From the NCBI GenBank assembly GCA_021781995.1, contig JAJXVT010000002.1, positions 8,903 through 72,902 on the forward strand: a stretch of 64,000 nt of DNA, given 5' to 3'. The notes under the pieces were generated by a model. That model worked only from the letters and a program-made list of their open reading frames with translations, did no database searches and was not told the DNA's origin. This DNA comes from a bacterium. Its GTDB lineage: Bacteria > Chlamydiota > Chlamydiia > Chlamydiales > SM23-39. Below, piece after piece: positions 8,718 to 17,403 of this stretch (its first letter is position 1; the number at the start of each line of letters is the position of its first letter). The position numbers were made by a program, and so were the translations under genes.

Positions 8718-8948
8718 ATGTTTGGTTTAGAAAAACAGCCTAAGGGAGCTTTTGTATTTGATCTAGAAAAAGAGATCAAAGCAGATCCTGCGCATGGCAA
8801 AAAGATACTAGAAAAAGTCGAATCTAAAATCAATTCGATTAAAAAACAATTGCGAGAAGGGGCTAATGAACAAGCCTTCAATGATCTCGGCGTGTTGCTA
8901 AGCGGCTATACCGCCTTACAAAAAGTTTTGAAAAAAATGGCACAATAG
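8718..8948 (+). CDS. Small T3SS protein at the CdsE (YscE-like needle co-chaperone) position
   Basis: Size and position between sctD and sctF. AGAGG 5 nt before ATG 8718 (track start 8712 is GTG). Confidence 0.5.
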   Translation: MFGLEKQPKGAFVFDLEKEIKADPAHGKKILEKVESKINSIKKQLREGANEQAFNDLGVLLSGYTALQKVLKKMAQ

Positions 8949-8955
8949 GAACGCT

Positions 8956-9201
8956 ATGAAAACATCTATCCTATCTCTAAGCTTTAACTCTCTTATTGCA
9001 AATTATCAAAAGGTGCAGTCAGCTCTGGTAGTACAAGTGAGAAATTTAGCGAGTAACGCCAGTACCGCAACTCCAGGCGCGTTCATTTTGCTCCAATTCC
9101 AAATGGCGCAAGTAACGCAGATTGGCGAATCGATCTCGAACTTGATCTCTCAGGTTAACACAATGATCAGCAATTCGATCCATAACCAAAAAACGCAGTA
9201 A
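8956..9201 (+). CDS. sctF: T3SS needle filament protein SctF (CdsF)
   Basis: 81 aa. Helix-P-helix layout with TPGAFILLQFQMAQVTQIGESISNLISQVNTMISNSI, typical of needle C-termini. Operon position. Confidence 0.75.
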   Translation: MKTSILSLSFNSLIANYQKVQSALVVQVRNLASNASTATPGAFILLQFQMAQVTQIGESISNLISQVNTMISNSIHNQKTQ

Positions 9202-9224
9202 TTGTAAACTAGCGAGGAAACAAC

Positions 9225-9656
9225 ATGAAAACTATCGACGCATACAAAGAAGACGCTATCTTGCTAGTGGAAGCAGGGTTTATTGCAGTCAATCAAGCCG
9301 ATGAGGATTCGGCTCAAAAACTCTTTAGCGCAGCAGAACTGCTCAACTCATCCAATCCTTTGTGCAAAATCGGTTTTGGATATTTACATTTGCATAAATT
9401 AGAGCTGATAAAAGCTTGTCAATGTTTTGAGAGCGTCCTGCAAAAAGACCCCCATAATGAAATGGCTAAAGCAATGCTGGGCCTTTCTCTGACTCTACAG
9501 CCAGATGGAAGTACTAAAGGCGAACAAATTTTAGAACAAACGGTAAAGTCAAAAGATCCACTAGTCAAACGACTGTCTGAATCATCTTTGTCTTTTGTAG
9601 AAAAATTTGTGAAAAAAGCCTCCGGTCCAGCCGGCTCGCCAACAAAACAAAAGTAA
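9225..9656 (+). CDS. TPR-like needle chaperone (CdsG/YscG-like)
   Basis: 143 aa with TPR-like repeats (A..LF..A..L...N......G......L....A...FE.VL..DP.N). Follows sctF. Confidence 0.6.
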   Translation: MKTIDAYKEDAILLVEAGFIAVNQADEDSAQKLFSAAELLNSSNPLCKIGFGYLHLHKLELIKACQCFESVLQKDPHNEMAKAMLGLSLTLQPDGSTKGEQILEQTVKSKDPLVKRLSESSLSFVEKFVKKASGPAGSPTKQK

Positions 9657-9667
9657 AGTAGGATGCC

Positions 9668-10315
9668 ATGGCAGATGCAACACCTCCGCCCAATCGAATT
9701 GTCACACCTCGCGATCGGATAGAGCCTGACAAAACCGTTTCTCAGCCTCCTTCTACGTTCGAGTCGTACATGCAAGAAGCGGGGGCTGGAAATAGAGCAG
9801 CTCCGATGAACTCATCGGCACCGCAAGGTGCCGCAGGTCCGACAGAATTGCAACCCTCTACCTTGCAGCCGGGCACTCCCACGCTGGAAACCTTGCTCAA
9901 TCAAACGCGCAATACACAAGATCGATTGGGCACCATCGAGCAGCAATTGCAAGCGCCGAACATGAAGCTAAAGCGCTCTCAAACGCATCTACTTAAAAAC
10001 AAACTGCAAGATTCTACAGATCATCTGCAAGCAGCTGCTGGCCGCTTAGGTCTGCCGCCGCAAGAGCCGCAAACCGCTGTCTTGAGCAGTCCTGTTGGCA
10101 GGCTATTATCCTATATAGGCCATGGCCAGGATGTCGCCAATTCGGTCGAAGAACGACTGAAGACATTAGCCAAAACCAATAAACAAATCAATCCAGCCGA
10201 TATGCTTTTTGTACAGGTAAAATTAGCTCAAGCGACACAGGAATTGGATTATTCCACGATTTTATTAGGCAAAGTAATGACGGCCATCACTACTTTGATG
10301 AACACGCAACTATAA
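9668..10315 (+). CDS. CT668-position protein, 215 aa; possible inner-rod (SctI-like) component
   Basis: Position before sctN. C-terminus MLFVQVKLAQATQELDYSTILLGKVMTAITTLMNTQL resembles needle/rod-family C-termini. Confidence 0.4.
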   Translation: MADATPPPNRIVTPRDRIEPDKTVSQPPSTFESYMQEAGAGNRAAPMNSSAPQGAAGPTELQPSTLQPGTPTLETLLNQTRNTQDRLGTIEQQLQAPNMKLKRSQTHLLKNKLQDSTDHLQAAAGRLGLPPQEPQTAVLSSPVGRLLSYIGHGQDVANSVEERLKTLAKTNKQINPADMLFVQVKLAQATQELDYSTILLGKVMTAITTLMNTQL

Positions 10316-10322
10316 GTAGTGT

Positions 10323-11645
10323 ATGAATCTAGATCCGAACGCTTCTTTTGACAAACTCATTTCTCATCTCGAGGATGTCGAGTTGACTACTGTTCACGGT
10401 AGGATCACAGAAGCGATCGGCATGTTGATTCGAGCCGTTGTTCCACAAGTCAAAATGGGTGAATTGTGTTTGATCAAACGCGATGGAGCTCCTTTGCCGG
10501 CAGAAGTAGTTGGTTTTACAAAAGATGAAGTGATCCTATCGCCTTTAGGCGATATGAAAGGAATCGGGCCCTCCTCAGAAGTAATTCCTATGCGCACTTC
10601 CATGCACATCAAAGTGGGGCCTCAACTTCTCGGCCGAGTTCTCGATGGCATGGGCAATCCGCTAGATGAAGACACTAAGGGGCCTTTAACACTGACTGAG
10701 ACCTTCTCCATCATCAACCCCCCTCCCGATCCACTCAAGCGCCAAATGATTACAAAACCTTTGAGCGTTGGGGTTCGTTCCATCGACGGGGCTCTTACCT
10801 GCGGACAAGGACAGCGCATCGGTATTTTTGCCGCAGCAGGCGTCGGGAAATCGACTTTGCTCGGAATGATCGCTCGCAATGCGGTAGCCGATATCAACGT
10901 CATTTCATTCATCGGAGAGCGAGGACGAGAATTGAGGGAGTTTCTTGTACACGATTTAGGCCCCGAAGGACTCAAGCGCTCAGTGGTCATTGTTTCCACC
11001 TCTGACCAGGCAGCGCAAATGCGGCTCAACGCCGCATACGTAGGAACTGCGATTGCAGAATATTTTCGCGATCAAGGAAAATCGGTGATCCTAATGATGG
11101 ATTCGGTCACTCGATTTGCAAGAGCTTTGCGAGAAATCGGCCTAGCCGCAGGAGAACCGCCGGCACGCGCCGGTTTTACGCCGTCAGTATTTGCAATTTT
11201 ACCTCGCTTGCTGGAACGCTCCGGAAATTCCGATAAAGGCTCTATTACAGCGTTTTATACCATCCTCGTTGCGGGGGACGATCTCAACGAACCGGTCGCA
11301 GACGAAGTGAGATCCATTCTAGACGGGCACATTATTCTCTCAACTGAATTGGCGCGTCAATATCACTACCCTGCCATTGACATTTTAGCCTCTGTCAGCC
11401 GTATTTTGCCACAGATCATCGACAGGCCCCATTTAGATCTCATCGGCAAAGTTCGCGAAGTGCTAGCCAATTACAAAAAAAACGAACTGTTAATCCGAAT
11501 CGGCGAGTATAAGCCCGGTTCCGATAAAAACGCAGATTTTGCTTTAAAATACATCGACAAAGTAAATCGTTTTTTAAAACAGCCTGTCGATGAAAAATGC
11601 ACCTATGAAGAGACATTAAAACAACTAAAAATGCTCTTTATGTAA
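10323..11645 (+). CDS. sctN: T3SS ATPase SctN (CdsN)
   Basis: Walker A GIFAAAGVGKSTLLG, Walker B VILMMDSVTRFARA, and F1/FliI-like length of 440 aa. Confidence 0.95.
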   Translation: MNLDPNASFDKLISHLEDVELTTVHGRITEAIGMLIRAVVPQVKMGELCLIKRDGAPLPAEVVGFTKDEVILSPLGDMKGIGPSSEVIPMRTSMHIKVGPQLLGRVLDGMGNPLDEDTKGPLTLTETFSIINPPPDPLKRQMITKPLSVGVRSIDGALTCGQGQRIGIFAAAGVGKSTLLGMIARNAVADINVISFIGERGRELREFLVHDLGPEGLKRSVVIVSTSDQAAQMRLNAAYVGTAIAEYFRDQGKSVILMMDSVTRFARALREIGLAAGEPPARAGFTPSVFAILPRLLERSGNSDKGSITAFYTILVAGDDLNEPVADEVRSILDGHIILSTELARQYHYPAIDILASVSRILPQIIDRPHLDLIGKVREVLANYKKNELLIRIGEYKPGSDKNADFALKYIDKVNRFLKQPVDEKCTYEETLKQLKMLFM

Positions 11646-11654
11646 TCAAGCCTT

Positions 11655-12170
11655 ATGAACGCGCCGCTCAACTACCCTCTCGAACAGCTCATGATCATCA
11701 AAAAAAAGCGCTTTGACCAAGCTGTCAAATTGCTGGAAGAAAAAAAAGCATTGCTTGAGCGCGAATATGAAAAATTGTTTGATTTAACGCAGCAAAGAGA
11801 TGAAGTTTTAGCACATAAAAACGCGAAATTAAATCAACTGCGTCAATCTCTGGACGAAGGGACGACTACAGATAAAATTCAACAGATGAAGGTATATCTG
11901 AAAATCGTAGACGAAAAATTGGCTGAAAAAGAAAAAAAAGTCAAAGATCAGCAAAAACAAGTAGATGTCGCGCAAAGCCAAGTTGACGCGGCTACCAAAG
12001 AGCTTTTTCAACGCAAAAAAGATCTAGAAAAACTAGAAATTCATAAAGGGGAATGGGAAAAAGAAGTGAAGTATTGGGTAGAGCAAAAAGAAACAGCCGA
12101 GCATGATGAACAAGGAGCTGCGACACACTCTATTCGCAAAAGAGATACTCAGCGCCGAGGCGGTAATTAA
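11655..12170 (+). CDS. sctO: T3SS stalk protein SctO (CdsO, CT670-like)
   Basis: 171-aa Lys/Glu-rich coiled coil immediately after sctN. Confidence 0.65.
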   Translation: MNAPLNYPLEQLMIIKKKRFDQAVKLLEEKKALLEREYEKLFDLTQQRDEVLAHKNAKLNQLRQSLDEGTTTDKIQQMKVYLKIVDEKLAEKEKKVKDQQKQVDVAQSQVDAATKELFQRKKDLEKLEIHKGEWEKEVKYWVEQKETAEHDEQGAATHSIRKRDTQRRGGN

Positions 12171-12212
12171 AAACGCTTTACTTTATTTTCCCATCCTTTC
12201 TAAGCTCAGAGT

Positions 12213-13319
12213 ATGACAACGAACAAAATCTCCGGATCTTTACAGCCAGATCCATCTAAGCACACTACCGCGTCTCATAAAACTGTTGCGCACGCAATCG
12301 ATCCAACGCAAGCTATCGACGCTGACAAACAAGGCAAAAAAAATCAATTTCAAGATCTGATGAATCCAAAGGAAGAAAAATCAGCAAAAGAGTCTTTATT
12401 GCCGTCTCCTTTTGAATCCATTTTTCATCCAAAAGATCCTATCAAAGCCCCCATTGCCGGCCCGGCCAATTCTCCTCCTCCGAAAGTAGAGCAAACGATA
12501 GCCAAGCATCCTCTGCAAACGCAAGATTTACCGCAGGCACGCGAATTTTGGGAGCAAATCAATCTACCCGACGAGCCAATCGGTGCCTTTCCTTTGCAAG
12601 AACAAAAAAAATCGGCATCGGAAGAAAAGCCAATCAAAAAACAAAGCTCCAAAGAACCTTCAGGGCAATACTGGCAATCGCAAGCCATTATGGAACAAAC
12701 CCCATCTGATGCGCCTGCCGATCACACTAACGTCGATGCAAGACCCAATCGATCTAAATCAGAACAGCATCCCAATGAGAGCAAGCCCAAAACGGCAAGA
12801 AATTTTACATCCGCATTGCAGCCAACTGTGGAAAAAGAACGGCATCCTGGAGCAAAAAAACCGGGTGTAGAATTAATCGCGCCCTCGATTCCCGCATTAC
12901 CGACAGATGTGCAACCAGTAGCTCAAATGGCAGCGGCTCAGGCAGCTCCTTATTTAAGCGATCACATCGTCCCGCTTTTTTACCAAATGGTTGGCACCAT
13001 CACAGTTATGTCGCAAACCCCCGACATTCAAACCACTGAAGTCATGCTCAACGCTCCGAATTTCGCACACTCCAAATTTTTTGGTTCCACTATTGAAATT
13101 ACAAAGTACGCAACGGCTCCCGACTCATTCAACATTCGTTTGACCGGTTCCAATGAAGCGGTCAATAGCTTTCAGCAAAACATTCCAAGCCTCATGAGTG
13201 CATTTCAGCGCGAAAGCATCGTAGTCAACCGTATCGAAGCGCACTATACAAGCGTAGAGCGGCCGCTAGTGCGCCGAAAAGAAAGTGCGAGCTCCAGTTC
13301 TGATCAAGGAGGCCCATGA
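12213..13319 (+). CDS. sctP: T3SS needle-length/substrate-switch protein SctP (CdsP, CT671-like)
   Basis: Position between sctO and sctQ. Disordered Pro/Lys/Gln-rich N-half and globular C-terminal ~100 aa (T3S4-like). Confidence 0.55.
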   Translation: MTTNKISGSLQPDPSKHTTASHKTVAHAIDPTQAIDADKQGKKNQFQDLMNPKEEKSAKESLLPSPFESIFHPKDPIKAPIAGPANSPPPKVEQTIAKHPLQTQDLPQAREFWEQINLPDEPIGAFPLQEQKKSASEEKPIKKQSSKEPSGQYWQSQAIMEQTPSDAPADHTNVDARPNRSKSEQHPNESKPKTARNFTSALQPTVEKERHPGAKKPGVELIAPSIPALPTDVQPVAQMAAAQAAPYLSDHIVPLFYQMVGTITVMSQTPDIQTTEVMLNAPNFAHSKFFGSTIEITKYATAPDSFNIRLTGSNEAVNSFQQNIPSLMSAFQRESIVVNRIEAHYTSVERPLVRRKESASSSSDQGGP

Positions 13320-14443
13320 CGAACACCCCGGCTCTATGGTTTAAACAAATCGCCGATCATTTGCGCGATTATGATGCGATTCCATTACAGGGAAACGCCC
13401 CGTCGTTCGACTGGGCCCGTTTTTCAGCTCTAGTAGCTTCACATTTTGGCGTGCAGAATTTTTCCATCCGCGCCGATGCGCAAAAATGGAGAGAATCTTC
13501 CGATCTGGAAAAAGGCTTAGGTAAAGACATAGCCGTATTTCCCTTAAAAGTACTGCCCTTGGAAGGAAGCATCTTTTGGATGATGTCGCAACAAGAAATT
13601 AACAAATTTGCGACATGGATGCTGCAAGGCCAAAACAAATCCAGGCCGATTGCCTCGTCCATTTTAACAGAAGGATTTTTTCGCTTTTTGCTTTTGCAAT
13701 TATTGGACTGCGCCAGCGAAGTGCAGCCATTTCATAAACTCTCATTTCAATTGAGCGAAGAATCCCCCATTCCTCAAACCGACGCATTTTGCATCGACAT
13801 CGAAATCGAATTTGAAGGCAAATCCTGCTGGGGCAGACTCGCGATTGAACCTGAGCTGCAAAAAAGCTGGGTTGCCCATTTCGAGCATTGGGATGACAGG
13901 TCGATTCCCGAATCTTTAGCTCAAAATTTAGAGATTGATCTCGGAGTCCAAATCGGCTCTTGCGATTTAACGCAGCAAGAATGGAAAAAATGCCGTCTCG
14001 GCGACGTCCTCATTTTAGAGAGATCTTCATACGATCCACGCAAGCACGACGCCCTTGCAGTGCTAGCGTTGGGCAGTCTGCCATTATTTGAAGCGAAAAT
14101 CAAACACAACAAATTGGAACTGCTCGGGCCTTGTGCAGTTCGAGAAAAGCAAAGAGGAAATCCCATGCCCCAGCCACATGAGTCAGATCCTGTCGATCCC
14201 CTTCTTGAATCTTCAGAAGCTACCACAGCAATCAAAGATTTACCCTTGCTAGTTACCGTCGAGCTTGCCCGTTTTCGGATGAATTTGGGCAAATTGCTAA
14301 AAATGACTCCCGGCAATCTAATTGAGCTACCCATTCATCCGGAGCAAACCGTTCATTTAACGGTCGATGGCCGGCTCATTGCGAAAGGCGAGCTAGTCCA
14401 TCTAGGAGAGACGGTCGGCGTCCGAATCATTGAAAGCGTCTAA
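13316..14443 (+). CDS. sctQ: T3SS cytoplasmic sorting-platform protein SctQ (CdsQ)
   Basis: C-terminal SpoA/FliN-type domain LPLLVTVELARFRMNLGKLLKMTPGNLIELPIHPEQTVHLTVDGRLIAKGELVHLGETVGVRIIE. 4-nt overlap with sctP. Confidence 0.85.
   Translation: MTNTPALWFKQIADHLRDYDAIPLQGNAPSFDWARFSALVASHFGVQNFSIRADAQKWRESSDLEKGLGKDIAVFPLKVLPLEGSIFWMMSQQEINKFATWMLQGQNKSRPIASSILTEGFFRFLLLQLLDCASEVQPFHKLSFQLSEESPIPQTDAFCIDIEIEFEGKSCWGRLAIEPELQKSWVAHFEHWDDRSIPESLAQNLEIDLGVQIGSCDLTQQEWKKCRLGDVLILERSSYDPRKHDALAVLALGSLPLFEAKIKHNKLELLGPCAVREKQRGNPMPQPHESDPVDPLLESSEATTAIKDLPLLVTVELARFRMNLGKLLKMTPGNLIELPIHPEQTVHLTVDGRLIAKGELVHLGETVGVRIIESV
14165..14443 (+). CDS. Predicted internally initiated SctQ-C (92 aa, SpoA domain only)
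   Basis: In-frame ATG at 14165 preceded by GAGG (14154-14157) at 7-nt spacing. The product begins just upstream of the SpoA domain. Confidence 0.4.
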   Translation: MPQPHESDPVDPLLESSEATTAIKDLPLLVTVELARFRMNLGKLLKMTPGNLIELPIHPEQTVHLTVDGRLIAKGELVHLGETVGVRIIESV

Positions 14444-15980
14444 AATCCATCAACAAATTACCTTGCCCGGCGCAGCGCGAACCCAAGCGCGTTCCGCCTC
14501 CATTCCGGCGCGCATTGGGCCCTATCGCATTGAAAGCTTGCTCAGCAAAGGCGGTATGAGTTACCTATATTTAGGGCTTCATCCCGTGACATCAGAGCCT
14601 CTTGCGATTAAAGTGTTGTCTCCCAAATTCCTTAAAAACCGCGATATAGCCTCTCGCTTTCTTAAAGAAGCGCAAATCATCGCCCTTACCAATCACCCCA
14701 ATATCGTAAAGCTATACGGTCAAGGATCTTGGGAACAAGGGTTGTATATTGCTATGGAATTCATTCGAGGTATTTCCTTACGCCAATTCATTCAAAACAA
14801 ATCGCTATCACAGCGTCGAGCGCTCGAGATCATTTTGCAAGTGGCTTATGCATTATGCCATCTTCATACACATGGCGTGATTCATCGCGATGTAAAACCG
14901 GAAAATATTTTGATCCAAGAAAGCGGCGAAGTCAAAGTGATTGATTTTGGCATAGCGCAATTGCACGACGCAGAACAAGAGTCCATCGGCGCGGCAAAAG
15001 CGATGATGGGCACTCCGGCCTACATGAGTCCAGAGCAAAAGTTAGCCCCTCATTTGATTACTTATGCATCTGACATTTACGCCCTGGGCGTAATCACCTA
15101 TGAACTAGTTCTAGGCCGTCTTAGCCATGGGATCATTCATTTAGGACTTTTGCCCAAGCAATTAAAAACGATCATAGAAAAAGCGTTGAAACCCGATCTC
15201 AACGAGCGATATCAAGACATCGTCGATTTCATTACCGATATTTCCCAATATCTCAAACAGCTCTCGCAGCAAGACCCTCCATCACCTGAAGAAGCCTCTG
15301 ATGAAGTACGTGACATGATCCACAAAGTCCGAGCGAGTTTGATTGTGCGTAAGCCCCCCAAGTGGTCTCACATCGATTTTGGTTTTGCTATGCAAGAAGG
15401 TTCCGCTCTCAGCAGCGTATACCTCGATTTTTTTCGTCTTCCCGAAAACCGCCTCGGCATGATTTTAGCTGAACCTTTGACCAAAAGTGCATCCGCATTA
15501 TTTCATTGCGCCACTTTGCGCGGCATGATGCAAATGGCGACCGCAGAAATAAATCAATCGCCGAAAAGATCCTTTCATCCAATCAATCTGCTGCACGCCA
15601 TGAACACAGCCTTAAGCCAAGATGCAGCGCAAGGCCAATTTGCCATTTCTTTGCTCTTGCTTTCCCCTGACAAGGATCTGCTTTCATTTATTGCTTGCGG
15701 GCCAATGTCGTTATGGCATATATCCGAGGGCAGCCACAAAGTGCGTTATCTGACAACTCCCAATCAGCCTCTCGGATCAGACCCGAATCTCACCTTATTA
15801 GAGACTGCCAGCAACTGGCATTCAGGCGACACTCTTTTTTTTCACAATTTAAAAACCGAAGAAGCTCACCATCCCGCTCTGCACACCCTGTCTTTGCAAT
15901 CGCAAGCAGAATTTCTTTTACAGCGCACCCCACCCCAACCCTCAGCTGCCGTGATAGTGGCTCTCAATCGCTTATTTTGA
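14430..15980 (+). CDS. Eukaryote-like Ser/Thr protein kinase, positional equivalent of chlamydial Pkn5 (CT673), with a degenerate PP2C/SpoIIE-like C-terminal domain
   Basis: Kinase motifs: KGGMSYLYLG, LAIKVL, HRDVKPENIL, DFGIA, GTPAYMSPE. TTG start overlapping sctQ by 14 nt; no upstream in-frame ATG. Confidence 0.85.
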   Translation: MKASKIHQQITLPGAARTQARSASIPARIGPYRIESLLSKGGMSYLYLGLHPVTSEPLAIKVLSPKFLKNRDIASRFLKEAQIIALTNHPNIVKLYGQGSWEQGLYIAMEFIRGISLRQFIQNKSLSQRRALEIILQVAYALCHLHTHGVIHRDVKPENILIQESGEVKVIDFGIAQLHDAEQESIGAAKAMMGTPAYMSPEQKLAPHLITYASDIYALGVITYELVLGRLSHGIIHLGLLPKQLKTIIEKALKPDLNERYQDIVDFITDISQYLKQLSQQDPPSPEEASDEVRDMIHKVRASLIVRKPPKWSHIDFGFAMQEGSALSSVYLDFFRLPENRLGMILAEPLTKSASALFHCATLRGMMQMATAEINQSPKRSFHPINLLHAMNTALSQDAAQGQFAISLLLLSPDKDLLSFIACGPMSLWHISEGSHKVRYLTTPNQPLGSDPNLTLLETASNWHSGDTLFFHNLKTEEAHHPALHTLSLQSQAEFLLQRTPPQPSAAVIVALNRLF

Positions 15981-16311
15981 AATAAATGCTGTAACCATGA
16001 GCACCAATGATTTCACGTGTTAACTCCATTTTAAAATTTAAAAGATTACACTTTCTCATTTTAACAACAATGAAAGCGAAAAATTAGTGCGTAAATACAA
16101 AGAAGAAAGAGAATTAATCAAAGAATTTTACACACAAAAGAATTTTTTAAACGCAACTCTCTCAATACTTAAAAAGTAATTTTATATATTTACTGTTATT
16201 GCAAATAACTACATAATATCTGCAACGATTACAGCATCATATAAAACAATTCTCAGTGACTTCTCTCATGAGACTCAGTCGCGCATAATCGATATCACTC
16301 CACAACTGCTT

Positions 16312-17049
16312 TTGAGTGAAGCAAACAAATTATGCGGCGCTTATACTTTAGCGCGCATTATTCAAGACAGAAGCGGCGAACATCCTACATTGGTTGAGCG
16401 TATTACCCGAGTATGGGATGACGCTCTCCTGGCCCTCAGCTCAGGGCAAGGCGTTGCGCAAGTGCGAGATCATCTTCGTGCACAGATAAGGGCATTGGAC
16501 TCTTCAACTGCAGAAGATACAAGACTTCAAGAGTTATATAACTCTGTTATAAATTCGGATGATGCATACTTTCATGGATTAGTATTGAGTAGCCGAGAAC
16601 AAATTTACGCGGCACTAATGCCCCCATTAGTAAAAACAACTATGGGCATAGAAGGGCCGACACAACTCGTCACCTATCGGAATCCAGAACGTCCCTTAGA
16701 TTCCGTACGATATGTCATAAAGCATAATCTGAATGTCACTGAAAAAAGATGCAATTTATTGTATTCTGCCGTTTCTCGCATGTTTACCAATAATTTATGT
16801 TTTGGATTTTATGTGCCTTCATGTAATTCATTAGAGATCTTCTCTAACGACAACGCAGAAAACGACGCTCGTGGAATCATGGAGTTTAATGCTGGGCACT
16901 GGATGAACACAAGGCTTAAAGACCTTTGGCTAGGAGACTCTATAGCTGCGAATCAACTGAAAACGTATCTCAGAAACAAAGAACCTTATTTATTACAAGT
17001 ATTGGAAGAACGATTAAATATCATTTTTAATCATGATTTAACGGAGTAG
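16312..17049 (+). CDS. Hypothetical protein, 245 aa (orphan; possible Cys-His-Asp hydrolase-type effector)
   Basis: ORF with TTG start after a 331-bp AT-rich spacer. Motifs NNLCFGFY ... NAGHWMNTRLKDLWLGD. Confidence 0.45.
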   Translation: MSEANKLCGAYTLARIIQDRSGEHPTLVERITRVWDDALLALSSGQGVAQVRDHLRAQIRALDSSTAEDTRLQELYNSVINSDDAYFHGLVLSSREQIYAALMPPLVKTTMGIEGPTQLVTYRNPERPLDSVRYVIKHNLNVTEKRCNLLYSAVSRMFTNNLCFGFYVPSCNSLEIFSNDNAENDARGIMEFNAGHWMNTRLKDLWLGDSIAANQLKTYLRNKEPYLLQVLEERLNIIFNHDLTE

Positions 17050-17052
17050 TAT

Positions 17053-17352
17053 ATGACAAGTGTTAACGGCAACAAAAGTGAAGAAATATTTTGGCTGGGA
17101 GCCGTTCTAACTTGGTCTCAATCAGAGACTGATGAAGCTCGCAGGATGCTCTGCGGATCAATTGCACTGATCGCGCCCAAAGAAAATGAGCGCACAGAGT
17201 TGACAGGTCGGGTCGTAGATCTATTAAGGAACGAGGCTCTCAATTTTTCACATATTCATCAGGCAGCTACAGCTGCTCTTACCCAACTTGGTGTCGAGGT
17301 TACTCCAACCGTAAACCATACAAAGCCATTGAGATCCCCTAGACAGTGGTAA
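17053..17352 (+). CDS. Hypothetical protein, 99 aa (HEAT-like helical repeat)
   Basis: ATG 3 nt after the preceding stop. IHQAATAALTQLG resembles a HEAT/PBS repeat. Confidence 0.45.
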   Translation: MTSVNGNKSEEIFWLGAVLTWSQSETDEARRMLCGSIALIAPKENERTELTGRVVDLLRNEALNFSHIHQAATAALTQLGVEVTPTVNHTKPLRSPRQW

Positions 17353-17400
17353 AGTTGGCGCCAAAAAGGCGGCTTTAACGGGGAAATGAGTTTTGCAACT
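17353..17400. repeat. Interspersed repeat core copy (hairpin + TTTAACGGGGAAATGAGTTTTGCAA)
   Basis: Fills the whole 51-nt convergent spacer. 24/25 identical to 28718-28742. Hairpin CGCC-AAAAA-GGCG. Confidence 0.7.
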
Positions 17401-17403
17401 GCC

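Noticed and set aside
10394-11029. Antisense ORFs inside sctN; similar shadows occur inside lon (31427-33762), sufB, glgP, argS and the NTT gene
   Set aside because: They lie opposite strongly supported conserved genes. These are typical shadow ORFs.
14430-15980. Calling the T3SS-linked kinase PknD (the kinase reported to phosphorylate CdsD)
   Set aside because: In Chlamydia the kinase between cdsQ and cdsC is Pkn5 (CT673), and PknD is encoded elsewhere. Position supports only a Pkn5-like assignment.
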